A stretch of DNA of 64,000 bases from Mobula hypostoma (Eukaryota), in NCBI RefSeq assembly GCF_963921235.1, contig NC_086108.1, positions 79,920,001-79,984,000 on the forward strand, given 5' to 3'. The position numbers were made by a program, and so were the translations under genes. The notes beneath the pieces are model-generated. The model saw only the letters and a list, made by a program, of their open reading frames with translations, made no database searches and was not told the DNA's origin. This document shows positions 39,562 to 53,097 of this stretch, in pieces. Positions within the stretch are counted from its first letter, which is position 1; each line of letters opens with the position of its first letter.

Positions 39562-40216
39562 CTATAATAAAAATGAGGACACTGTCATTGCACCTTGCAT
39601 GGGACATGACAAACTATTGTATCAGCACAAATGAGCACTAATCAATCTAAGAATTTATGAAATGATTGAGCATGAAAATATCGAAGTCTTCATCTCCTGC
39701 ACAATTTGACATCTCTTACTTCTTATTTCCCTTCTGTCTAAACACTTAAGTGGTGTAGCAGTAATTTCTATCTTATGCTGTGGTAGAATCGGACTTGGGG
39801 AGATAACAGCAGCAGAGCATGATGGGTCCTCACCAGCCATGACAACACTGAATGTCATGAGCCCCAACAGGAGCCACACAATCTCCTCCGATAGGAATAA
39901 GACTGAAAAACAAAACAAAGCTGATCTGGGAGATGAGAGTCTGAAAAGAAATCTCTCCAACTTCCAAGAGTGTTTCCAGCAAGTTCTGGGAGCTTACCCT
40001 GAGCCAAGATTTTTGTTACTTCAGGTATCTGGAATATTACACCCTCCACTTTGTTCTGGGTGTATTCCCTTAGTAACTTCAATCCCATCTATGCCATTTC
40101 CTACTTCAGGTATCCCTGTAATATAACTGGGTGACCTGGTGACAAACTTCAGCAGCTGAAGAAAGTAATACTTCTGCCATTTAAGTTCAGCTCATGCGGA
40201 CAGACCAAAAACAAAC

Positions 40217-40359
40217 CTGGTTATAGTTGAAGGGTTCCTTCTTGTTTCCTGTCTGTATGAGTAATTTATAGGCAAGGATACCATCTTCTGAACCGTTACG
40301 ATAACTCTCCCTCGTGATTTTCCCTGTCCGCCAGTCTTCGTCGAATGCAGCCTGTAGCC
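40217..40359 (-). CDS. ptch2: Patched exon (exon 16 equivalent), 143 nt
   Basis: Manual translation (G)LQAAFDEDWRTGKITRESYRNGSEDGILAYKLLIQTGNKKEPFNYNQ; ctcag / gtttgt. Confidence 0.93.
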
Positions 40360-41019
40360 CTGAGCGAGCAAGACATTTGCTATGAGAGGGGTCCGCAATG
40401 CAGTTCTACAACTTCTTAGAAATCTTTTAATCTTTTGAAGAACTGAACATTGTGCAAGAGAAATATGGTCCATCAAACATCTCCAGATGAGCATTCTTTA
40501 CCTTATTATTGTCAAAACAATATCGATAAACCCTTCCAACTATAATGAAGCTTTTGAAATGAAATTGCCACCAGGTCAAGTATAGGGGTTTATAAAAGTT
40601 AACAGGTACAGGAGATTTTCCTCACATTGCTACCAGTACATCAGATAGCAGCAATAAATTATTGCAGGGTAGATTTCAATGATTCCTCGTCACCAGTTGT
40701 ACAGTAATCTGGCCTAATCAATCACTCATCCATTATATAATAGGCTTAATTGTAATATCACAATTTCAGGCAAGCAAAAGCTAGTCAAATTCTATAAAGG
40801 GGAGATGTGGTCCACTCCACTGGATTATGGCTCTAAAGGCAAAAGTCTATCTATAACTTTCACTTTCAATTCATCTGCACCCTTGATTTGTCTTCCTGTC
40901 CTGCACTAACTTTAATGGAAGTAACTACAAGCATAAGCTCTCACTGAGAAATCTTCCAAGGCATTGCTTAATATGATCCATGCGATTTTCTGGCACGAGT
41001 GTTAGAATGAAGATTTATA

Positions 41020-41320
41020 GAAGATTATTTTTATTTGTCGCATGTACATCGAAACATCAAAACATACAGTGAACCGCATCATTTGCATCAAATCAAAATC
41101 AGCAAGGATTGTGCTTGGGGCAGCTCACAGTGTAGGCAACTTGTCCAAAGGCAACATGGCATGCCCACAACTCACTAACCCTAACCATACAGCTTTGGAA
41201 TGTGGGAGGAAACCAGAGCACCTGGAGGAAATGAACTCAGTTATGGGGAGAATGCACAAGCTCCTTATAATGTGTCATTGCTGCCACTATAATGTGATAC
41301 ACTAACCGCTATGCCACCCC
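41020..41320 (-). mobile_element. V-SINE-like element
   Basis: Reverse V-domain tttggaatgtgggaggaaaccagagcacctggaggaa; head ctaaccgctatgccacc. Confidence 0.7.
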
Positions 41321-41449
41321 AATGACACTAATGGGTCAAATTTGAAAGAAAGTATCAAACTTAGTTACTGTGGCTCATGCAAGAACAGACTTATAATGCC
41401 GACTCACCTGTAATACACTAATTATACGACTGGGGCAATTAAAGAAATC

Positions 41450-41762
41450 TTTATATAGGCATCCGTTAAGTCTCGTGAGACCATGGATTTGCGCCTTGGA
41501 AGGTTTCCAGGGAGCAGGCCTGGGCAAGGTTGTATGGAAGACCAGCAGTTGCCCAAGCTGCAAGTCTCCCCTCTCCACGACACCGATGTTGTCCAAAGGA
41601 AGGGCATTAGGACCCATGCAGCTTGGCACCTGGTGTCGTCGCAGAGCACTGTGTGGTTAAGTGCCTTGCTCAAGGACACACACGCTACCTCAGCCAAGGC
41701 TCGAACCAGCGACCTTCAAATCACTAGACGAACGCCTTAACCACTTGGCTACGTGCCAACAC
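41450..41762 (-). mobile_element. tRNA-derived SINE with CORE-like segment
   Basis: Minus-strand A box tagccaagtgg, B box ggttcgagcc, then gtgtccttgagcaaggcacttaacc. Confidence 0.75.
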
Positions 41763-42950
41763 TAATCTATTTTACGCAAATCTGATGCTTCAGTCATCCT
41801 GCTCCCCCCACCTCACCAGCCGTTACTGATAGTGATGCTTGCTATTGAAATGGCAAAGTCATGCTCCCCCAGTCCTTGACATCCTTCGGCAAAAATCACA
41901 CTGCTGTTGGAACTGAGTAGGTCAGGCAGCATCTGTGGAGGAAGAAGGATCAGGGGGATGGTTAATGTTCAGACCGCCCATTCGTCTGCCTCCACAGATG
42001 CTGCATGACACGCTGAGTTCCTCCTGTTCTTTTTTGCTTCAGTTTACAGCATCTGCAGTCTCTTCTATCTCCTCTGACGTCCTTCACTCTGACAAGCATC
42101 AAGGTTTGCCCTATTTTTCAAAAGAATGGCTCAAAGAAAACTTCTCTGAACAATTCAATTGTTCCTGCCATTTAGTGGTTTAGAAAGAAATCCATTTCAA
42201 AACTTTGATTTACATCACTGAAAATAAACCACAATTAAGACCCGGGAATGCATGGAGTATATTAAAGGGCACAGTTTGCAAGATTTTTTAAAAAGTTTTA
42301 GAATGTTCAATGATATCCTGTGTGGTCTAACAAAAAAGGATATACGGTTTTTCAAATCGCATCAGTCTGTTCAATCTGTTATGGCTGTGACAGATGCATT
42401 TTTTTAAAACCAGTTAACTCCATCTGGTAAAGCCTTTGAACATTTCAGTATCTTTATTTCACTTTTATTTTGCATCTGGGTGTTTGTTTCCTCCTGCTAG
42501 TTCTATTGATCTGTGTCTCTAAGGCTCCTTGAGTGATAAAATCTTTACACCCACTGACTTAGAGCTTGCTGAGTCAAGGTGAATTGTTTCACCAAAACTG
42601 TAGAATTAAACGGTACCATCAGAGGCTCTGCACAATTTGGTGCTAACAGCATTGTTGAATAGTCATGCTGTATATGAGTGACACGATTACTAGAACAGAA
42701 AGAGTAGGGTGTTCAAGCTGTGTAAAAAAAATTAAATATCTTCTGTTGTCATGAGCTTATCCTACAGGTAAATCTCCAGAGATGTGGCAATCGTTCTGCT
42801 GACTGTGAAGCAAGAGGTATACTTAAACAAAAAAACTGATCTCTGCATGAAAAATGAACAGAGATGGATGTTATATTTTATTCCTTATGAAGATAGTCTT
42901 TCAGCCAAATACATTTACCTATTACGGTTAAATAATGGGCTGTATAATGT

Positions 42951-43179
42951 ATACACGAGGAAATCTGCAGATGCTGGAATTTCAAGCAACACACATACAA
43001 GTTGCTGGTGAACGCAGCAGGCCAGGCAGCATCTCTAGGAAGGGATACAGTCGACGTTTCGGGCCGAGACCCTTCGACAGGACAGACGAAGGGTCCTGGT
43101 CGGCCCGAAACGTCGACTGTACCTCTTCCTAGAGATGCTGCCTGGCCTGCCGGGTTCACCAGCAACTTTTATGTGTGTT
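42951..43179. mobile_element. Young fold-back Penelope-terminus-derived insertion (intronic)
   Basis: Near-perfect ~90-bp inverted arms with CpGs retained; TSD gctgtataatgt at 42939-42950 and 43180-43191. Confidence 0.88.
43048..43085 (-). ncRNA. Minimal hammerhead ribozyme motif, one core mismatch
   Basis: Minus strand GTC-CTGtCGA-A-GGGTCTCGGCCC-GAAACGTC-GAC. Confidence 0.6.
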
Positions 43180-43234
43180 GCTGTATAATGTGTACACACT
43201 TTGATCATAAATAGACGTTGAACTTAAATTATAT

Positions 43235-43472
43235 ATTTTTATTTAATTTGGAGATATAGCAGGGTAACGGGCCTTGCCACCAAACAAACCCACAAGGCCC
43301 AATTATACCCATGTGACCAGTTGACCTACTACTCTATACATCTTTGGAATATGGATGGAGATGGGAGAGGAAATCCATGTGGCCATGGGCAGAACATATG
43401 AACTCCTTACGGACAGCAGCAGAAGATGAAGCCCAACCACTGGCACTGTAATAGAATCATACTACCATGCCG
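43235..43472 (-). mobile_element. V-SINE-like element
   Basis: tttatttaattt tail; catctttggaat..gga...agaacatatgaactccttacggacagc. Confidence 0.6.
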
Positions 43473-44242
43473 CAAGAAAATTCAAGGAGACCCCAATGAG
43501 GATTACTTGGAAGAACTGAGAATGGGGATGGGATGATTCTAGAGACCCTCAAAGATTTGCCTTTTTTTTTGATGCAGAGCTGCACAGATTCACTTAGGAA
43601 ACATTGTCCGGTGTCTGTCAACGACATAGGTTCAAAAACCATTGTTGGTAAGACCCTTGGGAGCTTTGGGTCAAGGGTTTCAAGGACTGAAGATTTCTAG
43701 CTGCCAGAAACTTCAAATACTAAGTACACTCGGTGACTATCTGAGCTGACAGAAGCTGTACAGAATGAGCATATCTTTCTGCAAAATGGAAAAAGTGGAA
43801 TTTCCCGGTGGCTAACCATTTTAATTTCTATCCTCATTCCCACTCTGACATGTCAGTCCACGGCCTTCTCTATTGCCATGATGAGGCCACTCTAGTGGGG
43901 AGGAGCAACACTCTATATTCCATTTAGGTAGCCACCAAACTGATGGCGTGAACATCAATATCTTCTTCCACTAATTTTTTCTCTCCTCCTTTCCCTATTC
44001 TATTCCCCACTCTACCCTCTTATCTCTTCTCCTCACCTACCTATCATCTCCCCCTCATGCCCTTCCTCCTTCCCTTTCTCTCATGGCCCACTTTTCTCTC
44101 CTATCAGATTCCTACTTCTTCAGCCCTTTGCCTTTTCCATCTATCACCTCCCAGCTTCTTACTTCATCCCTCCCACCTGGATTCACCCATCGCCTTCCAG
44201 CTAACCTCCTTCTCCTCTCCCACCTTTTTATTCTCGTATTTT

Positions 44243-44565
44243 AGACCATAAAATATAGGAGCAGAATTAGGTCATTAGGCCCATCGAGTCTTCTGCACCA
44301 TTTCATCATGACTGATCCAATTTTCCTCTCCACCCCAATCTCTTGCCTTCTCCCCATATCCCTTCATGCCCTGATCAATCAAGAATCTATTATACTTAAA
44401 GATTTGGTCTCCACAGCTGCCTGCGGCAAAGAATCCCAGATTCACTACTCTCTGGCTAAAGAAATTCCTCCTCATTTCCGTTCTAAAAGGACACCCCTCT
44501 ATTCTGAAGCTGTGACCTCTAGTCTTAGATTCTCCCATCATAGGAAACATGCTCTCCATGTCCAC
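44243..44565 (-). mobile_element. CR1 3' fragment nested in PLE
   Basis: ORF 44275-44565 MFPMMGESKTRGHSFRIEGCPFRTEMRRNFFSQRVVNL. Confidence 0.82.
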
Positions 44566-44582
44566 TCTTCACTCTTCCCTCT

Positions 44583-44620
44583 CAGTCCTGATGAAGAGTC
44601 TCAACACGAAACATTGACTG
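44583..44620 (+). ncRNA. Hammerhead ribozyme motif, perfect stem I, decayed stem II
   Basis: CAGTC-CTGATGA-agagtctcaacac-GAAAC-att-GACTG. Confidence 0.6.
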
Positions 44621-45669
44621 TTTATTCATTTCCATAGGTGCTACCTGACCTACCGAACTCCTCCAGAATTTTGTATACATTGCTTCAGATTTCCAGCATC
44701 TGAAGACCTTCTCATGTTCAGGCCTAAAGTCTGTAGGCAGGTATAATGCAGAAAAGTACCTTGTAAGGAGAACATGCATATATGTTGCAGAGAGCGAGAG
44801 AGGAGAGAGAGAAAGAAGAGGGAGAAAGAGATAGATAAAAATCAGGGTTGTTGTACAGTGCCACTTGGAAAACAATACCAATTCACATGAAGGAAGCTTT
44901 GAAAAAAAGTTATTATAAAAGAATCCTAATCTTCAGCCTTGTAAAGAGATGCCAATGAGTGTCTTTAGTTACAGGGCTAAGGTAGGGTAACGCTCCGAAC
45001 TCATGCATGGTCTCGGTAGAGTGTTGGCTGTTTGGCAGAGAAACTCTGCTGAAATGTAAACACACCTTGTCATTCAATCTCACAAATGCAATCAACCCAA
45101 ACCCTCAAGGCATGAGGATGTAATACGAGTCGATTTACTCGGAAAAGAAAAAAGCGTTGTTGTATTTCCTGCTTTGCTTTCCCCTTCCCTCCCCCCCCCC
45201 ACCCACACCCCTCCAATTCAACCCTGAAGGGAATTTAAGTCTTCAGAAAACATTTGTGTACTCCATGCTCAGGAGAGCTGGGAGGCAGCTGTGTATTCAC
45301 TGATGAATGTCTCAGAACAAAGCTGTTTACTGGGAACAGAGGGCACCACCAAGTCCACACAGGGAAAGTTTCAGGACAAAGCAGGAGCTGACACATTTTT
45401 AGCAGTAGGTCACATGGAAAAATATTAAGAACACATCAAAAAGACATTAAAGAGGAAAGGGAAGGGCTGTACTAGATACGTAGCATTTAGATTTATCAAC
45501 AGTTATCAGCAAGCATATTACAGCAGTGTCGTTTGCGAGGGATTTGTTCATTCTCAGTTGTAGCAGACTTCAAACTGAGATGCAAGATTTTATCCACAGG
45601 TATTCACATCCACAGGTATTTCCAATCAACACAAGAGAACAGCATTCTTAATGCTGCAGTTTCTGTGAC

Positions 45670-45868
45670 GACACAAGAGACTGCACATGCTGGAACCAGG
45701 AGCAATAATCTGTTGGAGGAACTCAGTGGGTCTGGCATCATCTGAGGAAGAAAACGAATTGCCGATGTTTCAGATCAAACCTCTGCACCAGGATCGAGCG
45801 CAGGTCTTACAACCAGAGTCATGAACAATTCCTGAGTTCCTCCAGCAGATTGTCCAGTTGCTCCAATT
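45670..45868. mobile_element. Older fold-back PLE-terminus-type element
   Basis: aatctgttggaggaactcag ... ctgagttcctccagcagatt inverted pair. Confidence 0.55.
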
Positions 45869-48200
45869 TCTCTGTGATGCTTGCATTTAAAAGTAAGGCA
45901 TCTGCACCTATTGCTACTGAGTGCATCTCTATAGAAGCAAAGAATTTGTTTCAAAAGGCAAAATATCGTTGGATTTGAAAAATACCAGACCAGTCTCTGT
46001 GGTGACATGAGTTGTTACTTTCCTTTGCAGCACAAGGGTGTCAACAATAGGTTAAAAAATGTTCGTTCCCTTCCTCAGTAAAATTAGTATCCGTACGGTA
46101 CTTTCACAGAGTCCTACAGAACAGAAACAAGTTCCTCACCCCACTGAGACTGTACCAGCCATCAAGCTCCCAATACTCAAAACCTACACCAGTCTCATTT
46201 CACTCTATTCACAATTACATTAGCAGCATCCAGATTCTGTTAATTACCTTCGTACTTAGTCATTTTACAATGTTCAATTAACCTACCTACCTGCACATCC
46301 AGAAGAAACCAGCACATTTACAGACAGAGAGAACAGGCAAACTCTGCATAGACAGCTTTGCCCAGAACTGAATCCAGGTTTCTGGAATCAGCCGCTCTGC
46401 TGGCTGTGGCCCTGTGTCTTACCCAGCCCCTCAGATAAGCCGCTCTGCCACTCTAAAATCAACCATGAATGTTGAAGTCAAAGGTTCAAAGGCTCATTTT
46501 ATTATCAAAGTATGTATGCAGAATACAACAATGAAATTTGTCTTCTCCAGCTAGCCATGCAATACAGAAAACCATGTAAGTAGTTGAAAGAAAGACATCA
46601 ATTCCCCTTCCACACAAGAAGAAAAAAGATACAAAAACTAAAATGCTTTTGTATGGAATATTGAAAGAAAGTATTAGTAAGGGTCCTCCGCCAGATCCAC
46701 GCTTTCATCAAACGACTGTCAGTAAGGGTGCTCTCTCTGCGCTTTCTTTCAGGGAGGATGTGGACCAATTGAAAGTGCATTGAAAATGATAAAGCCAAGA
46801 TTCAGAGATTAAACTTTAGTAAAACTTTTTTAAAAATTATCACTAAATCAAATGAATACCCAAATCATAGATTTAAGGACAATATTGGAGCATGGTACTT
46901 CTAACAGAAATGGTAACTTGTTTAAATGAAATTTTAAAATTAAAATAAATTTTTCTATGATATAAATACTCAGTGATTACTTGATAGTGGTTGTGCACTC
47001 AAAGTTTGAAGTGTATTTTGGATGTTGCTTCAATTTCAAATCTTTTAAGTACATCTGAAAGTTTGGATTTAAGTCTTCCGCATTTGGTGATCAAGAAACG
47101 TATGGAATCCAGTGCAAATTTACATAGTGCATCTGACCTACTCTACAGACATTGGGCTCCTTCATCTTCATGATGTCATTACTCAATAACATACGCCAAC
47201 CACCAATTTGCTTAGATAGTGAGTCACGGCTGTTTATCATTACAATTGAAACTGAAATGAAACACTACCCACATATAGAAAACACCATTTCCTGTTAAGG
47301 TGAAAGGTGGACTTGTGCTAATTGGAAGTTCTCTCATGCTGGGGGTGCTCCTTTCTCCGGGTTTATTCTCTTTAGGTAGGTGTGCCCAAACGTTCTTTTT
47401 CTTGGAAAGTATATTCCTAAGTCCTTCCTTACGACCTGGTCCAGCACCAACTCTCTGATAACTGTTTCTCCAATTCCAACTTCTGGTGCATTCCCACACT
47501 TCCTCCTGCCCTCCAGTGGCCTCCAAATTTGAAGTCCCATAATTCCTTCCATAAATGTCTCTCTCCCTCCTCCCCCCCCCCCAACACTTTAAGAAACATA
47601 TTACCACTAGCTTGTTTTACCCAGGTTCTTTGTCTGAGCCTAACAGTGCAAAAGTTTCCTCCTGTGAATCACCTTGGTACACTTTAGTATGATAGAAATT
47701 GCAAGCTCTTGCTGTTGATCTGGGATAAACAGAAAACTTTGGGAAGCAGTAAATGCTATGTCATTACTCTATCACAGTGCCACTGGAATGGGTGTTCGTC
47801 ATAGAAAGAGCACATTTTCCCTTTCAGTCCTGCTTTCATTCAACATTTGTGCACCTTTCATCCTAAATCCTGTTTCTCGCTTAGTATGCTTGTATGTTTA
47901 CCTCATCCATATTAGGTGCTTTGACATTAAGCTTACTGACTCTCGAAGAGAAGGCCTTTTTATGTTTCTAACAAGCTACACGCTTTCTAACACTGCAGGA
48001 GATCATAGCAGGTAAATAAGTCCTTTCAGTTCACAAGGACCATGAAAGTGTAAGCCTCTGTTGCTGCCTGTAAAGGTAAGTTAGGCAATTTATCCAAGAG
48101 ACAAAGAAACAGATTCAGTTTTATAACATGGTTTTTCCACCATATTCATCCCTTTTTCACATTTATTCATCAAAAATGATCCTGCAGTCTGAGTTTGTCA

Positions 48201-48209
48201 GACCACCCA
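48201..48209 (+). promoter_or_regulatory. Consensus GLI binding site (intron 15 equivalent)
   Basis: Exact GACCACCCA in unique sequence. Confidence 0.6.
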
Positions 48210-49121
48210 TACGGCTGTGTGTTCAGTTAGTCAATCATTGTTTCAACAGCATTGCTAACATAAGCACTCAATGCTACTGCAGTACTATTTAATCATTCTA
48301 GATTTTTCATAATTAAAGGAATGTCAAAATAAAGGCCTTTTGCTTTTCATTATCTACATTCAGATTCCTATTGCAATAAAAATATTATTGGAGTCAGAAA
48401 AATCTAGAAATAGCAGCTTAGTAGCACTGAAACTCTTCAAGTTATGCACACAAATGAGTCTTGCTAATTATTACCATAACTGAAGCCTTCTTTGTGGAAT
48501 CATGATGTAATTCCCTTGTCATTTGTGCCTGCCTCAATCTTTTTAAAACAACACACATTACATGGAAAACGTACATTTCCAAAGTTTGAGACACAGCAGA
48601 TCAAGTGTAAGCCTCAGAACAAACAATATGCATTCAAATAGAAAACATTCCAGACGCTTGAAGGGGCAAGGTGGAGAAATAGAAATGATTGAGGCGAGAT
48701 GATATTATTTTTAAACTACTTGCAGGAGAACTTGGGGGGGGGGGGAGGTCAGAAATGGAACAAAAGTAATGCAGAACTGATTGACGGACAAGGTAGCATT
48801 TTGCAAGATAACTTTCTGGCATTTTTCTTATAAGGTGTTTAAGGTGTAAGCATTCAATCAGCCAACAAATGCAATAACTTCAGAGAATTAGCAATATTGG
48901 TTAGATTTTAAAGGCGATGTGTAATTGTCCCTACAGCTTTAGCTCATCCATGCAGTACGACTTAACTGGGATCTAACAGGTTGAGAGACAATAATGAGTA
49001 TTAATATGGGGCTGGGGGGGAAACCATTGCAGAGTATTGGAAAAAGCTGCGGAAATTTACAAACTCAACCAGCTCTATTATGGGCACTAGCCTCCCCAGC
49101 ATTAATGACATCTTCAAAAGG

Positions 49122-49945
49122 CAACACACACTAAATGCTGGAGGAATTCAGCAAGTCAGACTGAATCCATGGAAATGAACAGTTGGTGATTCGGGCTGAG
49201 ACCCCTCTTCATGGAGGGAACGATCGTGTGGAATGTGGAGAGGCAGAGAGAGGTAAAGAAGTGTTTGGTGGTAGGAGCCCTTCGGAGGTGGCGGAGGTTG
49301 TGGAGGACAATGTGTTGGACATGCAGGCTGATGGGATGGTGGGTGAGGATAAGAAGAAAGGTATTACTGGTGGCTGGAAAATGGGGTGATCGCAGACATG
49401 GAGGAGATGTGTGGAGGGAGGGCGAACCCCATTCTTTGAGCAAGGAGGACACCTCTAATATCTGGAAAGTATAGCTTCATTCTGATGTGGTGGAGATGAA
49501 GGAACTGAGAACAGGTGACAGGTTGGGAAGAGGTATAATCAAGATAGCTGTGGGAAAGGTAGGTTTATAAAAGATGTTGGTTGATAGTTAGTATCCAGAG
49601 ATGGAGACAGAGGTGTCAGAAATGGACCAAGTGAAGTTAAGGGCGAGTGGAAGTTGATGAAATTGACGAGCTCGGTATGAGTGCAGGAAGCAGCACCAAT
49701 GTAGCAGAGGAAGAGTTGGGAAGTGTTATTGGGGTTACTTGGGACATGGACAATTTTACATAGCCAGTGAAAAGGTAGGCATAGCTGGGGCCCATGGCTA
49801 CCTGTCAAGTCTGCAGAAAGTGGGAGTAGCTGAAGGTAAAATTGTTGGGGGGGGGGGAAACCAGTTCTTCCGGATGGAGGAGGATGATGATGGAGGGGAA
49901 CTGATTGGTTCTTTCATTGCAAAAGAAGCAGCGAGCTCTTCCTTA
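49122..49945 (-). mobile_element. Decayed Penelope-like element with RT remnant
   Basis: Minus-strand translation NNFTFSYSHFLQT*QVAMGPSYAYLFTGYV and QLFLCYIG (decayed LRYIDD); terminal repeat at 49122-49210. Confidence 0.75.
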
Positions 49946-51233
49946 AGGTTTCTTGATGAGGGATGAAAGTGTTTTGGGACCGATCCTTCTGCTGATTCTG
50001 AAAAATTTCTGAGGCATTGGTTCAAGTAAGCAAGTTAGGTGGTGATTAACCTTTCTGTTACAAGGTAATCTTTAGCAGGAAGGCTGACATCTTCTGCTTA
50101 ACGTGAATCAGAAACTGAGTGTGCGCGTGTCTCTAACTGCAATGAGAAATTGCAAGTTTAACTGCACTAGGATCACTGATGATCATCTCCTTTGACTTTA
50201 TGTGATCTTTCAACACGGTAGTGTCGAAAAAGCCCTCTGTCACAAGCAGGAAAGCTGCTGTTATTTTATCAGTTCACCAACAAGATATGGACGTATGACT
50301 GAAACCAGAGCAAATTTTTTTGACAAGAAAAATGACCAAAAATGAAATTAAATGTGTGGTTCTGAGTATTCAATATAGCTAGCTGAAATCATGAAAATAA
50401 TTAACATCCTGATTGGCAAGTTATTTCCAGATTCCTTGCATCACTAAGAGAGCATCACTAACCCTTCAGTAATATTTCTTTAATACTCATTCAAGAGATG
50501 TGGCTACACTAGCTCAGCCGGCTTTTAATTGCCCATTTCTTGTCACCCTTAAGGTGGTGGTGGGGAGCTGGCTTCATGAACTACTGTAATATACTCTGGC
50601 ATTCCTTACACAACAACCACCTACATGTAAAGTTATGATTTCCGTTCTGCCTCTGTTTCAGCTACATGAGAAAGGACAAGGCGTCAAACAATTCATATAG
50701 TCTCTAGCTTATTTGCTACGAAACTTCACAGGGTTCAAATAGTTCAGTCTAATACATACCTGATAGCTGTGGTCTGCTACAAGAAAAAGACTCGCATTTC
50801 CATGTCTCTCAGAAACATCTCAGTATACTTTACATGCTATGAATTACTTTGAAGTACAGAGACAGTCACTTTGTATATATCAGGCCCCAAAATTTACATT
50901 CCTGGGCTATTCTTCAGAACCCCAGACCCCACTTCAAGTACCCCAAGCCATGTTGAAATTAACAGATGTTGAATTCAAAAGCTCATGTCATAAAACAAAT
51001 TATGGTAGAGGATATACGAACAAGAAGATTAGGAGCAGATTATTATATTGTGGTGCAGTTTCTTTAACCCTAAACCACTAATGGAGGCCTGTTTTAAGTT
51101 TCTGAATTTCACCTTCAGATCCCCAAGCTAAGTGGTATTTTGTACTGAGATGACATTATGCATGCAAACACACTTAACTGCTCACTGTTAAATGGTGAAC
51201 AAAAAATATGAAAGAGAGGTTTTGTAATCTTAC

Positions 51234-51546
51234 CTCTTAGCCAGTCCTGAATATAATGCAACCACATTTTTGGCAACAGTTTATTCTCTTCACGAACAAT
51301 ATATTTGATACTATCGAAACTCCTGTGCAGATCATAAAGCAGCTTCTGGGATGCAGCATAATCAAACCCCCCCATGGAGACGATGTACATGTTGTAGAAG
51401 GAAAAATACTTGAATTGGGCTTCAATAAAATTGTACTCCTTGGTTTCACGAGGCACAATGTCTGTAAGGTACAGCCCATCATGAACCATGGTAGTTCCAT
51501 AAAGGCTCATCCCAAGCAAGGCCATGAAGAGGATTAACACGACAAT
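51234..51546 (-). CDS. ptch2: Patched exon (exon 15 equivalent), 313 nt
   Basis: [38 protein letters not shown]...[14 protein letters not shown]; donor gtaaga. Confidence 0.95.
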
Positions 51547-51704
51547 CTAGGTTGTAAAAGTAAAATCATAAGTGAACAAGTCTGTCGCACTTCAGATCAG
51601 AGTACAATACAAGGCATTTATCCAGAGCGATAAGGCTTTAGTGGTTTTTTTTGGGGGGGTGGAGTTTTCCTGTAAATTCTCACATTGTTGCTAGAGAATT
51701 TCAG

Positions 51705-52080
51705 CAGGGGACCTCATTGAAAGGACTAGATAGAGTGGACATGGATAGGATGTTTCCTATATTGGGGGAGTCTCGGACCAGAGGGCAGAGCCTCAACCAA
51801 TATAAAGATGTCCCTTTACAACAGAGATGAGGTGGAATTTCCTTAGTGAGAGGCTGATGAATCTGTGGAATTCCTTGCCACAGATGGTTGTGGAGGCCAA
51901 GTCATTGGTATATTTAAATCAGAGTTTGACAGGTTCTTGATTAGAAAAGGCGGCAAAGGTTACGGGGCGAAGGCAGAAGAATGGGGTTGGGAGGGATAAT
52001 AAATCCGCCATGGTGGAATGGCGGAACAGACACGATGGGCTGAATGGCCCGGTTCTGCTTGTGTGTCCTATGGGCCTATG
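51705..52080 (+). mobile_element. CR1 3' fragment
   Basis: Homologous to 4075-4420. Confidence 0.8.
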
Positions 52081-52339
52081 TTTCTTTCTACCGTCCCATT
52101 GTGAAGCAGACAAACCAGGCTACAGAGCCAAGCAAGTATGGATAGTAACCAGGATTATGATCTGAAAATCCAAGTCATAATACACTAGAATTCTTTCTTC
52201 TTTAGGAAAGCAGCAAGTCTACCATGCCCAGGAGACCTCAGGAACACAGGAAAGGAGGGAATGAGATTTACAATCAAGGATAGAAATCAAGAGGTCACGG
52301 ATAGTAGGGTATAAAAACATGTGCTGTGATCTGCCCAAG

Positions 52340-52480
52340 TGACTGATGCAGGGTTTCAACTTGAAATGCTGACAACTCCTTCTCCCCCACCCTCATCCAC
52401 AATGCTGCTCAACCTGCGGAGATCCTCCGGCAGATTATATTCTGCTTCAGATTCCACCATTCTGCACTCTTCTGCCTCCA
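52340..52480 (+). mobile_element. Older PLE-terminus fragment
   Basis: ctgatgcagggtttcaacttgaaatgctgac...atgctgctcaacctgcggagatcctcc. Confidence 0.5.
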
Positions 52481-52691
52481 TGGTTGTCCTAGAAGAGGAC
52501 TAATTTTCTCAGCACAGCGTATGATGTCAGTGCCAGTCAAGGAAGTGTGACTCATACTGGGGAAGGGTTCTGTTAATTTTCAAACAACCAGAAAACAGTT
52601 ATAAACTGTTACTCAATCTGAGTTCAAGTGATCAGAGTTCATATTTCTTGGCCATAACCTTTAAAGGACAAAATAGTTGAAAATTACTTAC

Positions 52692-53097
52692 TTTTGATTC
52701 AGTCCTCAGAAGAAGTGGAGCGTACTTGTCCCGTGCAAAATCAGTCAAATTCCATTTGACGAAGGGTATTTGAACACAGTTCCTGCAGACCTTTGCCTCA
52801 TCCACCTGGGCCAGTAGGTCCCGAGTTGAGCTGGTGGGGTCCATTCCCTGGGAGCCAATGTGCTCGGCTGGAGGTACGATGACTGAAGGAGTTGAAGAGA
52901 TCTGAGATGTTGGAGAAAGGATGGTGACAATGTGTTGGCCAGTGGGATCGCACTGGGTAAATGCCTGAACCGTGGTGGTGATCTGGGTGCTGTGGGTATA
53001 TGTTGGCCCTCCATTCAGAGAAGGGTGAAAGTTATGGATATCGTTCACATCTGCAAACTCTTGTGGTTGGACCCGTATTACTCTCGTTGAACAGAGG
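52692..53097 (-). CDS. ptch2: Patched exon (exon 14 equivalent), 406 nt, cytoplasmic middle loop
   Basis: LCSTRVIRVQPQEF...TSSTRDLLAQV...KWNLTDFARDKYAPLLLRTESK; tttcag / gtaagt; phases fit neighbours. Confidence 0.93.

Larger units (their letters stand above)
43800..44720 (+). mobile_element. Decayed PLE 3' region interrupted by a CR1 fragment
   Basis: Homologous to 1775-2369 (catgtcagtccacggcct...gatgaggccac, pyrimidine tract, terminal repeat). Confidence 0.78.

Noticed and set aside
40017..40125. Short repeat tacttcaggtatc occurring twice near an exon
   Set aside because: Only 13 bp and about 85 bp apart; most likely a trivial local duplication.
41690..41762. tRNA genes (also ~55895-55970 and ~12600-12672)
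   Set aside because: The tRNA-like heads continue into SINE bodies and tails, so they are not stand-alone tRNAs.
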